Assembly (NCBI GenBank): GCA_965112735.1
Contig: OZ218957.1
Coordinates: 186,001 to 250,000 of the forward strand
From: Phaeosaccion multiseriatum
Taxonomy: Eukaryota > Protista > Ochrophyta, other classes
Reading direction: 5' to 3'
Length of the DNA stretch: 64,000 nucleotides
In this document: positions 12,669-26,700 of the stretch, one piece after another
How the letters are laid out: the number at the start of each line of letters is the position of its first letter
How positions within the stretch are numbered: the stretch's first letter is position 1
The notes under the pieces: generated by a model
What the model was told of the DNA's origin: nothing
Seen by the model: the letters and a program-made list of their open reading frames with translations, nothing else
Databases searched by the model: none
Program-made: the position numbers and the translations under genes

Positions 12669-13239
12669 GTTCTCTCTCTTTCTCTCTCTCTCAATGTCTT
12701 TCTCTCTCCCCATCTCTCTTTCGCCCCCTCTCCCTGTGCCTCTTTTCTAACACGTCCCTTTGTCTCTCTCCAATCTCTCCACTCTCTCTCTCCCATACAC
12801 ATCCCTCCCTCCCTCCCTCCCTCCCTCCCTCCGTCCGTCCCTTCCTCCCTCCCTCCCTCCCTCCTTCCCTCCCTCCCCACTCTCTCCATCTACACACGTG
12901 CCTCCCCCACCTCACCTTGACGACTTTGGTCTGCTTGACAAAGTACCCGTCCCTGGTCTGCAGCCTCACCACCACAAAGGGGTCGGACTTTCCGATGTTC
13001 ACGGCGTTGCGCAGGGAAGCAGCCTCCAGCACCACGAGCTGCAGCTCAAGCTTCTTGCCCTGTCCAGGGGCGGGGTGGCAGTGGATGGGGAGGGGAGGGC
13101 AGTGGATCGGGGGGGGAGGAGCGTAAAGGAGGGCACGGGAGAGTACCCAACGAAGGGCAGAGAGAGAGGGAGGGAGACAGACCCTGGCAGGGCCTTCGTT
13201 AATGCACCACCCCGGCACAATACTACGAATGGCTCAGTG

Positions 13240-13295
<56 letters not shown>

Positions 13296-16200
13296 CATGC
13301 GTGTGTGTTTGAATGTTTGTGTGTGTCTATGTGTGCGTGCATGCGCTGTTCCTGACCTGCCCGGGCCGCGATGTGTCCATCTCAAGCTTCTGCAGAGAGG
13401 CAAGCGTCGACCCTCGCCGAGCCGCGCCTGCCGTGTACACACACACACATACAGACACACACACACACACACACGCACACATACACACACACACATACAG
13501 ACACATACAGACACACACACACGTTGAATCGGACGTAAGTATACACAAAAGTGACTGAAGTGACTGGGCAACGGGTGAGGATGGCACCTGAAGACCGCAG
13601 CCCTCAGCCCTACTTGTGCAGGCAGGAAAGGAAGCAAGACATAGTGTGCAGCGAAAGTGAGCAGGCACGCACGCACTCACACACGCACGCACGCACACAT
13701 GCACGCACGCACTCACTCACCGGAAGACGGCTTGAAGCGCTGTCTAAAGCTCTTCCTCCGTTTGGCCTGCAAGCTCGGCTGAGAGTGAGAGAGGGAGAGG
13801 CGCCAGGGGGGGCAGGGGCACGCGCGCACACACACGGCTTAGCTATGCGCCATTCACTGCCATCCACTCCTGGAGCTCACAAGGCACACACCGCAGCTCG
13901 AGAGTTGGGGGGGGGGGGACTTGTTGCCCTCATGCACAGAGTGCAGTCAGTCTCTCAATTTCTGCCCTCCGAATCCACTCCAGTCTCAATTTCTGCCCTC
14001 CGAATCCACTCCATTTTCTATTTCTGCCACTTCGAATCACACTCTATTTGTGCCCGAATCCGCTCCACTCACCCGAAGGGCGGCGACTTTGTTGCTCATG
14101 ACGGTGCTCGGAGCGAAACCGTTGACGGCCCCGGGCTACAAACACAAAGCGCGCACACGCACATTGCATTCATTCCACGCACGGGACGGGGCCACGCACA
14201 AACCGAACGAGGAGAGCAGGCGTGAGGCGTGAGAAGAGAAGAGCACAAGGCCGAACAAGACAGGAGGGAACACTCTTGTGGCGCGTACAAGACAAGGGCG
14301 AGACACATGTGCTATGCTCAGCGAGCATGTCTCGACCGTCTTCTCTCCACCGCCCCCCTTCGCGTCTTCCCTTCGCCCTCCTCGCCTCCTTAGCGCTTAC
14401 CATGCCGATGGGTATGAAGTTGTGAAAGATGCGGAACATGGGGTCTACAGAGGGCATGTCCTTGGTGTTTCCGGGTCGGATGGAGTCCTCACTTGCCCAG
14501 TTGTCCGGCGTCACCCAATGCATCGCCTGCACCGCCACACACAGGCACGGCACAGTGCCGCACAGCATCGACATGAGATGTCGAGCATCGATATGAGATG
14601 TCGACATGATTAGAGCAGGCACGCAATGGAAAAGGACAGGAGCGAGGGGGGAGGCAAGAGGAGAGAGACAGGGAGGAGGGGAGGGGACAGGACAGGAGAG
14701 GAGAGGAGGGGAGAAGAGAGGAAGGAAGGAGAGGCCCCCACCTGTTTGGACAGGCTGTAGGAGAGGAGAGGACAGGAGGGGAGGGGAGGGGAGAGGAGGG
14801 GAGAGGAGGGGAGAGGAGGGGAGAGGAGGGGAGAGAAGGGGAGAGGAGGGGAGAAGAGAGGAGAGAGGAGAGAAGAGCAGAGGGGACGAGAGAGGAGGGG
14901 AAAGGAGGGGAGGGGAAACACAGCCCCTTCCTGTTCGGACAGGCCGTGGGATGGGAGGGGAGAGGAAAGAAGAGGACAAGGCAGGAGGAGAGAGAGGAGG
15001 GGAAAAAGAGCCCCCACCTGTTCGGGCAAGCTGTCGAAGTCCTCCCTTAACCCCAGCATCACGTACAGCGCGTGCACCACAGAGCGCTGGCAGGAGGAGT
15101 GGCGCACCACTGCAGCAGTTATCACCTCGGGCAGGGATTCGGCATCGGATGTGAGCAGCTCCAGCACTTGGGGGGGGGGGGGGGGGTGGATGTACAGAGA
15201 GAGGGGGAGGGAGAGGGAGAGAGAGAAAGTAAGAGGGATAGAGCGAGAGAGAGAAACAGAGAGAGGGAGCGAGAGCGAGAGAGCGCGGGCATTTGGACAG
15301 AGCACAAGCGAGAGAGAGGGGCGGAGAAAGACAGCGGGCACAGCGGGCACAGGACCGGCGCGAGACTGAGAGAGCCAAGCGAAAGCGAGGGGACAGGGAC
15401 AGAGGGAAATAAAGCAGAAAGTAAAGCAAGACAGCCTCGCTACTCGATACATCCCTTGGAGTCTCACTCACACACACACTCACTCACTCACTCACTCACT
15501 CACTCACTCACTCACCCTCCTCGAGCAGGTCGAGCTTCTGGTCCGCTGCACCTCCCCCAGTCTCCCCGTCCGCCTCTCGGAAGGCCCCCCTGAGGATGTC
15601 CAGTCCCTCCCGCAGCGCAGCACAGCTCTCAGGAGAGAGGCGGGCAGGCGCCCCCAGGGCCTCGATGGCAGCAGACGACGGCACACCCCCACCCACACCC
15701 GCGCCCACGGAAGCCGGGCTCACTGCCGTGCTGCCGCCGCCGCCTCCACCCCCGGGACTGGAGCGCCCCCCGGCGGGGCTGGAAGAGTTGGTTCTCTCCC
15801 TCCTCTGCACGCCGAACGCCGAGGCTAGAGAGCTCGCAAAGGCACCACCGCCACCCTCGCCCCCACTCCTCCGCCGCCCCGCCGCCTGCACAGACTCATG
15901 AGCCTGGTGCGCTGCCTCTCCCCTGGCCTTGGCTGCTCTGGCCTCTGCTCTGGCGGCTGCCTTGCGTCTGTCGGCAGGGGCGGCTGCAAAGCGCACGAGG
16001 CTCTCCACAATGCGCACCACGATGTGATCGGCGATGGCAGCAGACACCTTGCTGAACAGAAAGGGCTCCAGCCAGGTCTTGATGGGTGTGTATCCCGCCG
16101 CGGAGCCCGTCACCAGATAGTCCCTCACTGTGGCGCTGACGTTGCGCAGGGCCTGGAGGAAGGTCCAGTCGTATGGCGTCTCGTGGGCTGCCATCGCCAC

Positions 16201-18128
16201 GTCCTCCTTCTTGAACGAGAGCAGCTGTTGTGTAGAGGCAGGCAAGCATATGGGTACGATAAGGTGTGTGAGGTACACGTACGTATGCACGGAATGGACA
16301 CACACACACGTATGTGTGTGCATTATAAGATGCGTACGTATGTACGGGATGGGTACACGCACCTCTGCGTCCTCGAGGTCGGTGATGACGATCCTTGCGA
16401 TCTTCCTGGCGCAGGAGGCGGCGAGCTGCAGCCACAGGGAGGACACTACATCCAAAGCGTCGCCAGACATGGAGGAGGCGTTGGTCTCCTCGGCCACCTG
16501 TGAGGACAGGGGGGGGGCGTGAGTGGGCACACTCACTCACTCTCTCACTCACTCACTCACTCACTCACTCAATCACTCACTCACGCACTCACTCACTCAC
16601 TCACTCACTCACTCATCCACCCATTCACTCCCTCCCTCACTCACTCACTCATCCACCCATTCACTCCCTCCCTCACTCACTCACTCATTCATTCACTCAC
16701 TCACTCACTCACTCACTAACTCACTCACTCACTCACCCATTCACTCCCTCCCTCACTCACTCACTCACTCACTCATTCACTCACTCATTCACTCACTCAC
16801 CCTCACTCATTCACTCACTCACTCACCCTCACTCACTCATTCACTCATTCGCTCATTCACTCACCCTCACTCACTCACTCACTCACTCACTCATCCACCC
16901 ATTCACTCCCTCCCTCACTCACTCACTCATTCATTCACTCATTCATTCACTCACTCACTCACTCACTCACTCACTCACCCACCCATTCACTCCCTCCCTC
17001 ACTCACTCACTCACTCATTCACTCACTCATTCACTCACTCACTCACTCACTCATTCACTCATTCACTCACCCTCACTCACTCACTCACTCACTCACTCAC
17101 TCACTGACTTACCGCGGGAAGCATCTCCGTGACGAATACGAGGGCGTCGTTGGCGGAGGCGCAGAGGAAGCGAATCTTCTCCTCAGACCAAGAAGGAGCC
17201 ACCGCATCCACGCGGTTCACGTGCGCTGATACGTCCGCCTGGATGGAGGCGTAGGGGGAAGGAGGGAGGGAGGGAGGGAGGAGGGAGGGAGAAGGGAGGG
17301 AGGGAGGAAGAGAGGGAGGGAGGAAGAGAGGGAGGGAAGGAAGGAGGGAGGAGGGATTAATTGAGGGAGAGAAGGAGGGAGGCAGGGAGGGAAGAAAGAC
17401 TGACGAGACTCTTCGAATCATACACACACAAAGCTCTAATCCATCGCCTGGTACCTACCAGTACCTATGCGCTACGCAAAACACGCACACATAAGACATA
17501 AGAGACACATGTAAGAGGGTTGTGCACACACAGGCACACACACACACACACTCACGCACGCACGCACACACACGCGCACCTGCAGGCGGGCCAGGGCGTT
17601 GCAGCCCGCACGGATGACGACACCACTGACGGTGGCGTTACCGGGCAGGCTCTTGGCCACGGCCGTGATGTATTGATCAAACAGGAACATGCACAGAGTG
17701 GGGATGGGCGTGCGTGCCAGCTGTGAGCCCTCAATGTGTGTCCATACCATGAAGTTTGACCCCGCCTTCCTCCGCCCGCTGCCACCCCCCAGGCCCGGGA
17801 GGATGGACAGGCCCGAGGGGGAGGGCGGCGCGTCTGGTGCCTTCGCCAGTCCGACGGCGGAGGGCGAGTCGGTGAGGCAATTCAGCGACGTACCCCCCGG
17901 GGAGCAGCCGCACCCCCCCCTCTGGGCGTCGAAGTTGGCGGTAGGGCTGTCTGCGTCGCTACCGTCGTCGTCGTCGAAGGGGTTGTTGAAGCCTCCGAAA
18001 CCCCCCCTGGGCTTGGTCTTACCGGTACCCCGGCTCGGAGCCCCACCCGAAGAGACGGTGCTTGTGGTGCTTCCTGGCGTGTCCTCGGTGATGCTCACTC
18101 GCACCTGAACAGCAAGCACGCACGCACG

Positions 18129-18159
<31 letters not shown>

Positions 18160-19586
18160 CGAGACACAAAAGTCGCTTGGCTGAGCGCAGTGCGAGTGAA
18201 TAAGGAAGGGAAGGGGTGCACTGCCGGCCGCTCGGATATAGCACGCCATTTGTGAGTGTCTGTACATCCAACACACGCACCTCGTTGGTGAGGAGCACGT
18301 TGGAGAACATGCCTCCGAGCTTTGCCTCCACGTGAGACGCCCACGACCGGAGGATGGACGTGACGCTGATGGCCTGTGTGTGTGTTGGTTACATAAGGGT
18401 ACGTACGTATGGGACGGAGTAGGTACGTTACGTAGATGGCAGCTCATGGATGGATGGCAGCGGACGAAGGGGGGCGTTGGGTTTGGTGGTCGACAACAAA
18501 TGGCAGCAAATGGCAGCAAATGGCCGCAAATGGCAGGGGCTTGGTGGTTGGCGCTGGTACGTTTACCTGGGCGAGCGTGGCGGGAGGCGTCACCACGAGG
18601 CCCAACAAGTCGAAGCGGAAACACGCCACGCGCTGCAGCAGGCCCCCCTCGTTGACCACAAAGCGCAGCAGCAGCAGCAGCTCCCTATCCTCCATTTCGA
18701 TGATGCCCTGACTGCGGAAGCTCAAGTGCCTTCCGAGTTCGCTCAGCACCGCCACGTAATACGTGGTCACCACGATCTCCAACACCCGTCTCAAATCCGC
18801 CACCGGCAGGGCGTCACATGCCAGGAAGAACTCGCACAGGAGTTGATCAAGACTCAGCGCGATACGCCGCACCACCGCGATGCTGTCCGCGATGGGCACG
18901 CGCTGCTGTTCCTCCTGGTGCTCCAGGAAGGGGTCCTCGCCGCCGTCTCCGGACAACGAGGGAGCCCCCCCGGGCGAGACAGACAGCTCCGTTTGTCCGA
19001 GGACGGTGAGTTGCTGCTTGCGACGCGCCTCCTCCTCTCTCTCTCGCTGGCGTTGGTGCGTTGCCCGAGCGGACTCCACGTCCATGCGCAGGTACTCCTG
19101 TTGGTGATATGGTGATACGTCAGTTGGTGGTACAGCAGTTGGTGGTACGTCCGCACGTACGGCACGGTCAGCAGGCAGACAGAGCACTTTTTTTTTTTTT
19201 GGAAAGCCACCGCCCCAAGCCTCCAAGTCTCCCTTCTGACACTCCTCTGTAGTGAGACTGCCCTTCCCAGCCCGGTCCTGACACTCCCTTCCTTGCTGAA
19301 TGCCCTCGCTCCCTCCCTCCCTCCCTCCCTCCCTAACTCCCCACCTCTGTCCTGACACCCTTGACCCACCTGCACCTCCTTGCTGAAGGCCCCCCAGTCC
19401 GCCCTTCTCATATGCCTCTGCCCCAACACGGCATGATGGGGAACCGTTACGATGAGCTCACGGAGGAGGGCGTGCATGCGCACAAGACGCATCCACAGCA
19501 CAGAGCAGGCAGACACGAGCACCTGGAAACCCTCCTCCTCCTCTTCCTCCTGGATGGAGACAAGGGAGGGAAGGGGTAGGCAAAAG

Positions 19587-19628
<42 letters not shown>

Positions 19629-20507
19629 GGGGGGCTTGTGATAGCTTTATGGTGATAGCAGCAGTCTTAACAATGCCCTACAACTTCAACTAAACCCGCC
19701 CCCCCTATACTCTTCACACCCCCCCCCCCCCCCTCCATCCACTGCCATCCTCCCCCCTCCAGGGGCCCCATCTCACCTCGTCTCCGTCCACTCCCCCCCC
19801 TGCGATGACAATGCCCCCCTGCCCCTTCCCCCTGCCCCCCCCCCCCCTCCTCCTCCTCCTCCTCCTGCTCCTTCTCTTGCTCTCCTTCGCCCTGAGCATA
19901 GATAGAGCGGCTTCGAAGGCCCACCCGCCGTGCACAAGTTTGCGTTCCAGTGCTTGAAGCAGCACCACCGCCGTCACCTTAGGATGGATAGGAGAGGTGC
20001 AAGGGTGTAAGGGCAGGCATATGGGCAGGCATATGGGCAGGCCGGCCGTTACATGACAATCTTGTTCGTTACGTAAGACACATGGACACAGGGAGGGAGG
20101 CTGGGGTTGACGTCATGAGAGTCTGACAGTCAGAGGAGCGGTGCCTGGTGTCAGGTGTCAGGCGGGTCCTTATTGGGGGAGGGGCAGCCCCCAAGCGCTC
20201 CAAGCAAGTCATGTGAGTGTGACATATGCAAATAACCAACACCTCCACTGTCCATCTCAAAGGAAAGGCAGATCACGCACGCACGCACCCACGCACGCAC
20301 GCACCCACGCACGCACACACGCACGCACCCTCACACACACACGCACACACACACCTTGACTCCCTCCAGGCCTGCGTAGAAGCCGCTGTCCTCCCTGACG
20401 ATGGAGCTGCTGCCCGTGCGGTCTCGAGGGCTCAGACCCTTGTCCACTATTTGTCTGCGGAGCAACAAGTGGCAGAGAGAGAGAGAGAGAGAGAGCTGAA
20501 TACAAGG

Positions 20508-20556
<49 letters not shown>

Positions 20557-21538
20557 CAGAGAGGGGGAGTGGGAGATAGGGCCGAGCAAACTGAAACTCG
20601 CACTCGCACTTGCCTGCACACGGCTGCGAAGCCCACCCTCCACGAAAAGAGTCCAATCCGCTCCAAGGCGAAGGAGCACAGCATAGACGCGTGGCACGGG
20701 CCCACGAGTACGAGCATCTTCTGCTCCTCCTCCTCCTCCTTCTGCCCCTGCTTGGGTCCTCCCTCCTTGTCCTTGTTGGGTCCCCCCCCCCTCCCTAGCC
20801 TGCTGCTGGGGTGGTCTCTCCGGAGCACGAGCTCGAGAGCCACCGTCGTCGGAGAGACAGCGCAGACGCGCGTCACACTATCCCACCCCACAGTCACTAG
20901 CGCGTCCGCCGCGACCCCCGCCACCGCCCCCATCCGCCCTGTCCCACCAACTGCTGTACCACCAACTGCTGTACCGCCCTTGCCGACGCTGCTGCCGCGC
21001 CTGCCCCTCTTCCCTCCTCGGCCCGAGGATCCCCCCTGCTCCTGCTCCTGCTCCTGCTCCTGTCCCACTGCTTGTGCCTGGGCCAGTGCCTCTCGCTTGA
21101 CTGCCTCCCCTGCGGGCCCCTGCATGGCGGACATACTCCTCCTCGCGCTCATTACTCGACTCCAGCGTCTCCTCCTCGCCGCCCCCCCGGGCAGGTCCTC
21201 GCCAGGCGCTGAGGGAGAGTGGGAGTCAAGGGTAGAGAAGCTTGGGGCGTATCTGTGGGGGCGGGGGGGATGGCAGGGGATGGCAGTGGATGGCAGAGGG
21301 TATAGAGGGGAGAAGGGGGGGGGGGGTTGAGTAATGTTCCTACTTGGCACCATGACTGCTTCGCTTCGAGGCGGACGGGAGGGAAATGAAATGTTGTTTG
21401 CCGTCTCTGTCTCTGTCTCTGTCTGCTGTCTCTGAAAGGAAGGGGAGAGGTGGCCCACCCTCACACAGAGCGAATGAAAGAAAGACACAAAAGACCAAAG
21501 GAGAGGGCTTCGCTTCAGTGAGCTCAGAGCGAAGAGAG

Positions 21539-21570
<32 letters not shown>

Positions 21571-23723
21571 TACCTCCATACGTCGATCTTCCAGTGCGTG
21601 TCCCTCCACTCCAGCGGGGCCCCGAAGCACTCAACGGTCTGCGAGGAGATGTCGTCAAGAGCCCCGAGGGGGAAGTGCCCAGACACGTCCGTCAGCTTGG
21701 CACTGTTGGGAGGGGGGGAGAATGATGCCCAAGCAAAGGTTGGGGGGGGGGCAATTAAAGGCGCACGAGCAGAGCAGGGTAGAGGTGGCCTGGTTAGTAC
21801 ATACAGAGGGATGCAATTTACTCAGGCCGAGCAATCATACCACCCCCCCGTCGCTGGTGGAAGGACTCACCGCTGGCCCGGCTGCATGACGTTATGCTTG
21901 GATGACCAATTCCCCGTCTGCGGATGGAGCGTTTCATTCTCAAACACCTCCACCGTAACGGCAACATCGCCCCCGCCCCCCCTACCCGAGGAGGAGGAGG
22001 AGGGGGGCTGTGACGTAATCGCCCCGCAGAACGGTCTCAGCGCGTGCGGCACCCCCTGGAGCACCAACTCGCGCAGTCGCCAGCCCGCCGAGGTCATGGA
22101 GGAGGAGGAGGAGGAGGAGGCAGAGGCCGAGGCAGAGGCAGAGGAGGAGGATGAGGCATCGCCCCCCTCCCCGTGCCCTTCGCCGTCGTCGGACTCATCA
22201 CTGTCCCCCCCTGAGTCTTGCTCCTCGTCATCGTCCTCGTCCGAATCCTCATGCGAGTTTGAGTTTGAGTTGGAGTGTGAGTGGCCGGAGTGGCGCTTCT
22301 TCTGCGCTTCCCTCCCCTCCCCGACCTTGGTACTCCTTGCCTGCATCAGCTCTGTGGAGCCGAGTGGGTGCAGCACCAGGCCGGAGTAGCCCATCGCGAT
22401 GCGATGATGTGAAATCAAGCCCCCCCCCCTCCTTCCCCGCGGCGAGGAAGACTGATGCCCCCCCCCGTTGCCTTCGTCCTCTCCCTCCGAGCCCCTCTCG
22501 CTGCCCTTCTCGCTGCCGCTACCACTGCCCCTGCTGCCTCTCCGATGGGAGCGTCGGCCCCCAAAACGCGGCACCCATCTCCTCTTTCCTCCTCCTCCAT
22601 CGCCACTGTCCGACGCCTCGTCCCCCCCGCCTCCTCCGCGCTCATCGTCGGTCTCCTCCTCCCCCTTCCCTCCCTGCCCTCCACTGCCATCCTGCTGGTC
22701 GTATGCGGGAAGCATACAGGCCGGCCACGCCGTACTCACTGTGTTTGCCTCCTCCAAGGAACATCGCACGTGCACGAAGCCGTGGTCCCCCTCCCTGTCC
22801 ACTGCCATCCCTCCCCCGCCCCCTCCGCTCCCCCTTCTCTTCTTGCCGTCCTCTTGCTCGGCCCCTGCCCCAGCTGCCGCCAAGTCCACCACCCTGCGCC
22901 GAACGGTTACATGTAAAGCACCGAGTCCGGTCATTTTGATCCCTCTGTTGCGGTTGTACGACTGTTAGGCAGATAGAGGCAGGGACAGAGGGGCAGACAG
23001 ACAGACAGAGAGACAGACAGACATACAGACATACATACATACAGAATACAGACAGACAGGCAAGGGAAGGAGATGGCAGTGGATGTGGAGGGGGGGCACA
23101 GAGACAGAGAGGCGGATAGTGGATTGAATGTGAATGTGAGGACGAGGGGGACGCAGCGGTAGCGGGATTTCGACCCTTCCTTGAGGCATCTCTTCCTCCC
23201 TTCCCTTCCCTCTGTCCTTCCTGCCTAACCCTCTCCCTCTCCCTCTCCCTCCCTCTCTCCCTCTCTCCCTCCCTCTCTTCCTCCCTCTCCATCACTCTCC
23301 CTCCCTCCCTCCCCATCACTCTCCCTCCCTCCCTCCCTCCGTCCGTCCCTCCCTCCCTCCCACCCTCCCCTCCATTTACCTGAAGCTTCTCTTTCGGTGT
23401 ATGCGTGGACTCCTCCAGGGGCAGCACCAGCCTGACCTCCCCTCCGTCCTCTCGAAAGGCATGCATCGGGATAGTCACGTGACCAATGGGGTCGTCAGTG
23501 CGGCCCCTGTCCCTGTCCTTGACATTGATGAGTAGCCCTGCAAGCTCCTCCACAGAGCACTTCTCGCCGAATGTGAACGACTCTTCCCACACGGGATTAA
23601 GGTTCTCCTGCTTGACGCTCGATGTCTGGTCGATTGATTGAATTGTCAAGCAATGTCAAGCAATGTCAAGCATGGCGCATGACGCACACAGAACACATAC
23701 ACAGAGAGAAAGAGAGAGAGAGG

Positions 23724-23786
<63 letters not shown>

Positions 23787-26700
23787 AGAAGTCAGGGCTC
23801 AGGGTCAGGGTCAGATTGCCCGCTTGATTCAATGCATCACTCACGTACCCACCCACCCACCGTCCTGACACGCTCTGTCCTGACACCCACCCACCCTCTG
23901 TCCTGACATCCACCCACCCTCTGTCCTGACACCCACCTACCCACCCACCCTCTGTCCTAACACCCACCCACCCACCTTCCTCTCGGCGTACACCTTCCCG
24001 CCTCCCCTCCTGACTGGACATATCACCACGTAAGGGTCGCTGCTGCCCGAGAAGTCGAGTGCGGGCAGCCCCTCCGCGCTGTGCAGGGTGATGTCGAGGC
24101 GGTACTGGCGCTGATTGAGCCTGAGCACCTCTTCGAACTCACTGCCTGTGGCAAGAGCGCCGAAGGGGATGTAAACCTGACGCCATGGACCATTGGCATG
24201 AGGTGCCATCGACAGCAGGCATGACGTCAGGGACCATTGGCATGAGGTGCCATCGACAGTAGGCATGACGTCATGGGCCATGACATTGGTGTGAGGTACA
24301 GGCGGAGAGACCGCAAGGGAAAGAGTCGCCAAAGGCATTGTTGGACAGGAGAGAAGAGAGAGAGAGAGACGGAGGTAAGACAAGAGCGAGAGAGAGATGG
24401 AAGGAGAGGCATACACACACACACATGGGAGGAATAGCAGCAAAGTGCATGTGCGTGCAGAGCTCCCCACCCACTGCGTCTCGACGCAAAGGATGCCCAC
24501 ATTGGGTGCCCAAACACATGCACGTACACGTACCTGGCCCAGCGTCTTCCTCTGTAGGATGGCGTCTCCGATCTGCTTGCCCGTGGCGAGGATGGAGCGG
24601 ATACCCTTGGAGTGGTGGGCAGTGCTGAGGGAAGGGTGGTGGGGGGGGGGGGGCAGCGACGGACAAAAAGACATCAGACGCGGGAGGGGGTGGGGCGGGG
24701 AGAGGGGAGGGATAGAGAGGGAGAGAGAGACAGAGAGAGAGGCAGGGAAAGAGACAGAGAGAGAGGGAGAGAGAGAGATGGAACCCGAGAGAGAGAGAGA
24801 CAGAGAGACAGAGATGGATCAATTGGATCAATCAAAGGGGGCGCGATGCGTGAGGCGCAGGAGTGAGTGCAGAGGCTAGAAGGGGGGCAGGGCGAAGCAC
24901 CAAAAACGGCGAACCTCCTGTCAGTCAGCCAGTCAGTCATCAGTCAATCCCACCCCTACCCTCCCGCCCTTCGCACCCGCTGCTGCCGTCACTCTCTCTC
25001 CTGCCCGCAGATCTAAAGGTCGTGGTCGACGACGGCTCCGAAGGACTCTGCGGATTGTTATGTGGGTCAGAGCTGCCACCCTCCCCTCCTCCTAGGAGGC
25101 CCCCTTGCGTCTTGGTCTTGGCCTTGAGCATGACTCCATCCATGGCGAGGTCCTCATCGCTCAGCGTCCAGGAAAACGTTTCATTCCAAAACGGCCCCTC
25201 TCCGGCAACATAGCGAGTGGTGGCTTTGTCTCCGTTGCTCCTCTGCAGCTTGATGTAGGTGCGCGGCCTGTGCCTCCCACTCCTCCCCCTTCCCTTGAGG
25301 GCAGATGGTATGAGTGTGGAGGTGCGGTTGACCGTCCTGCTGAACTTGTTTCGCAGCCTCGCGGCCCCTGCCTTCGCCTTGTTCACCCCACTGCTACTGT
25401 GCGGCTCCGGCGGGGGAGGAAGCAGGTGGTCCGCCCCTTCATCGTGACTCGAAGAGGAATGATGGCCGTTGAAACCGCCTCCGTTGATGACCGTGAGGGT
25501 GAAAATGTAACGCTTGGGAGGCCGGTGGTCGTGCGACAGCCGCAGCTGCACACAGGAGGACAGCTCGGTGCTGCCGTGGTACGAGGAGGAGAAGGAGGGT
25601 TTCCGCTCTCCCATGTGGTGCTGCCCCATATGCTTCTCCTTGGTCCATGTCAGCAGCGAGTCGCCCGGTCTCACTCTCAGACCGCACGGGCCGAATTTCT
25701 GGTCGCCACCCCACCCACCCCTACCGCCCTTCTTCATTCGGACGTCGCCAACGTGCATCCTGACACCAGGCCCTCCTAACCCTCGCCGGAGGTCCGCGGA
25801 GGAGGGGGAGGACGGGGGGTAAGGCTCTGGGGTCACAGGCGGGCAGAAGGTGGAGAGAGCCAACGTGCCGACCGCTCTCCAGTAGGCCTCCTGCCCCCCT
25901 GGCATGATGGTGGTGGACTCTTCGCGAGTGGTGATGGTCACTGTGGCGGTTTCAAAGCTTTTCTCGATACTGTTTTTTGAAGTCCAGGTTAGTCCAGGGG
26001 GAGATAAAAGAGGGGAGAAGGAGGAAGAGGGCGGGAGGGAATGAGGGCATGAAGAGAGAGGGGAGAAGGAGGAGGAGGAGGAGGAGGAGGAGGAGGAGGA
26101 GGAGGAGGAGAAGAAATAGGGCCTCACCTCTCCGCTAGGGTCAACCTCCTTGAGCCGAACTTCAGCAAGCCCCCGTGGGCCTCCTCTGTCTCCAGAGGGA
26201 TTTCCGCTTCGTCGTGCAGGTGTGGGGCCTGCAGCAGCAGCGGTACGCCCCCCCCGAGGAGCTTGACGGCCTCAGTGAGACTCGCTCCATGGCCGACGGG
26301 TTGAGCGGAGCCGTAGCTGCCCAGGCTGGAGCTGCCCAGGCGGTCGGGGGTGAGGGATACACGTAGAGAGGTCATGCGGTACGGCATGCTCAGAGCCGTG
26401 CTGGGGAGGGGAGAGGAGGGGAGGAGAGAGGAGGGGAGGGGAGAGGAGAGAAGAGGGGAGAGGAGAGAAGGGGAGGGGAGGGGAGGAGAGAGGAGGGGAG
26501 GGAGGGGAGAGGAGAGAAGAGAAGAGAAGAGGGGAGGGGAGGGGAGAGGAGAGAAGAGGGGAGAGGAGAGGAGAGAAGAGAAGAGGGGAGGGGAGGGGAG
26601 GGGAGGGGAGAGGAGGGGAGAGGAGGGGAGAGGAGAGGAGAGGAGGGGAGAGGAGGGGAGAGGAGGGGAGGGGAGAGGAGAGGAGGGGAGGGGAGAGGAG

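Noticed and set aside
11304-17132. Long ORFs such as GGREEGRR, THSL and CVCV repeats
   Set aside because: Stop-free frames across intronic microsatellites, with no coding features.
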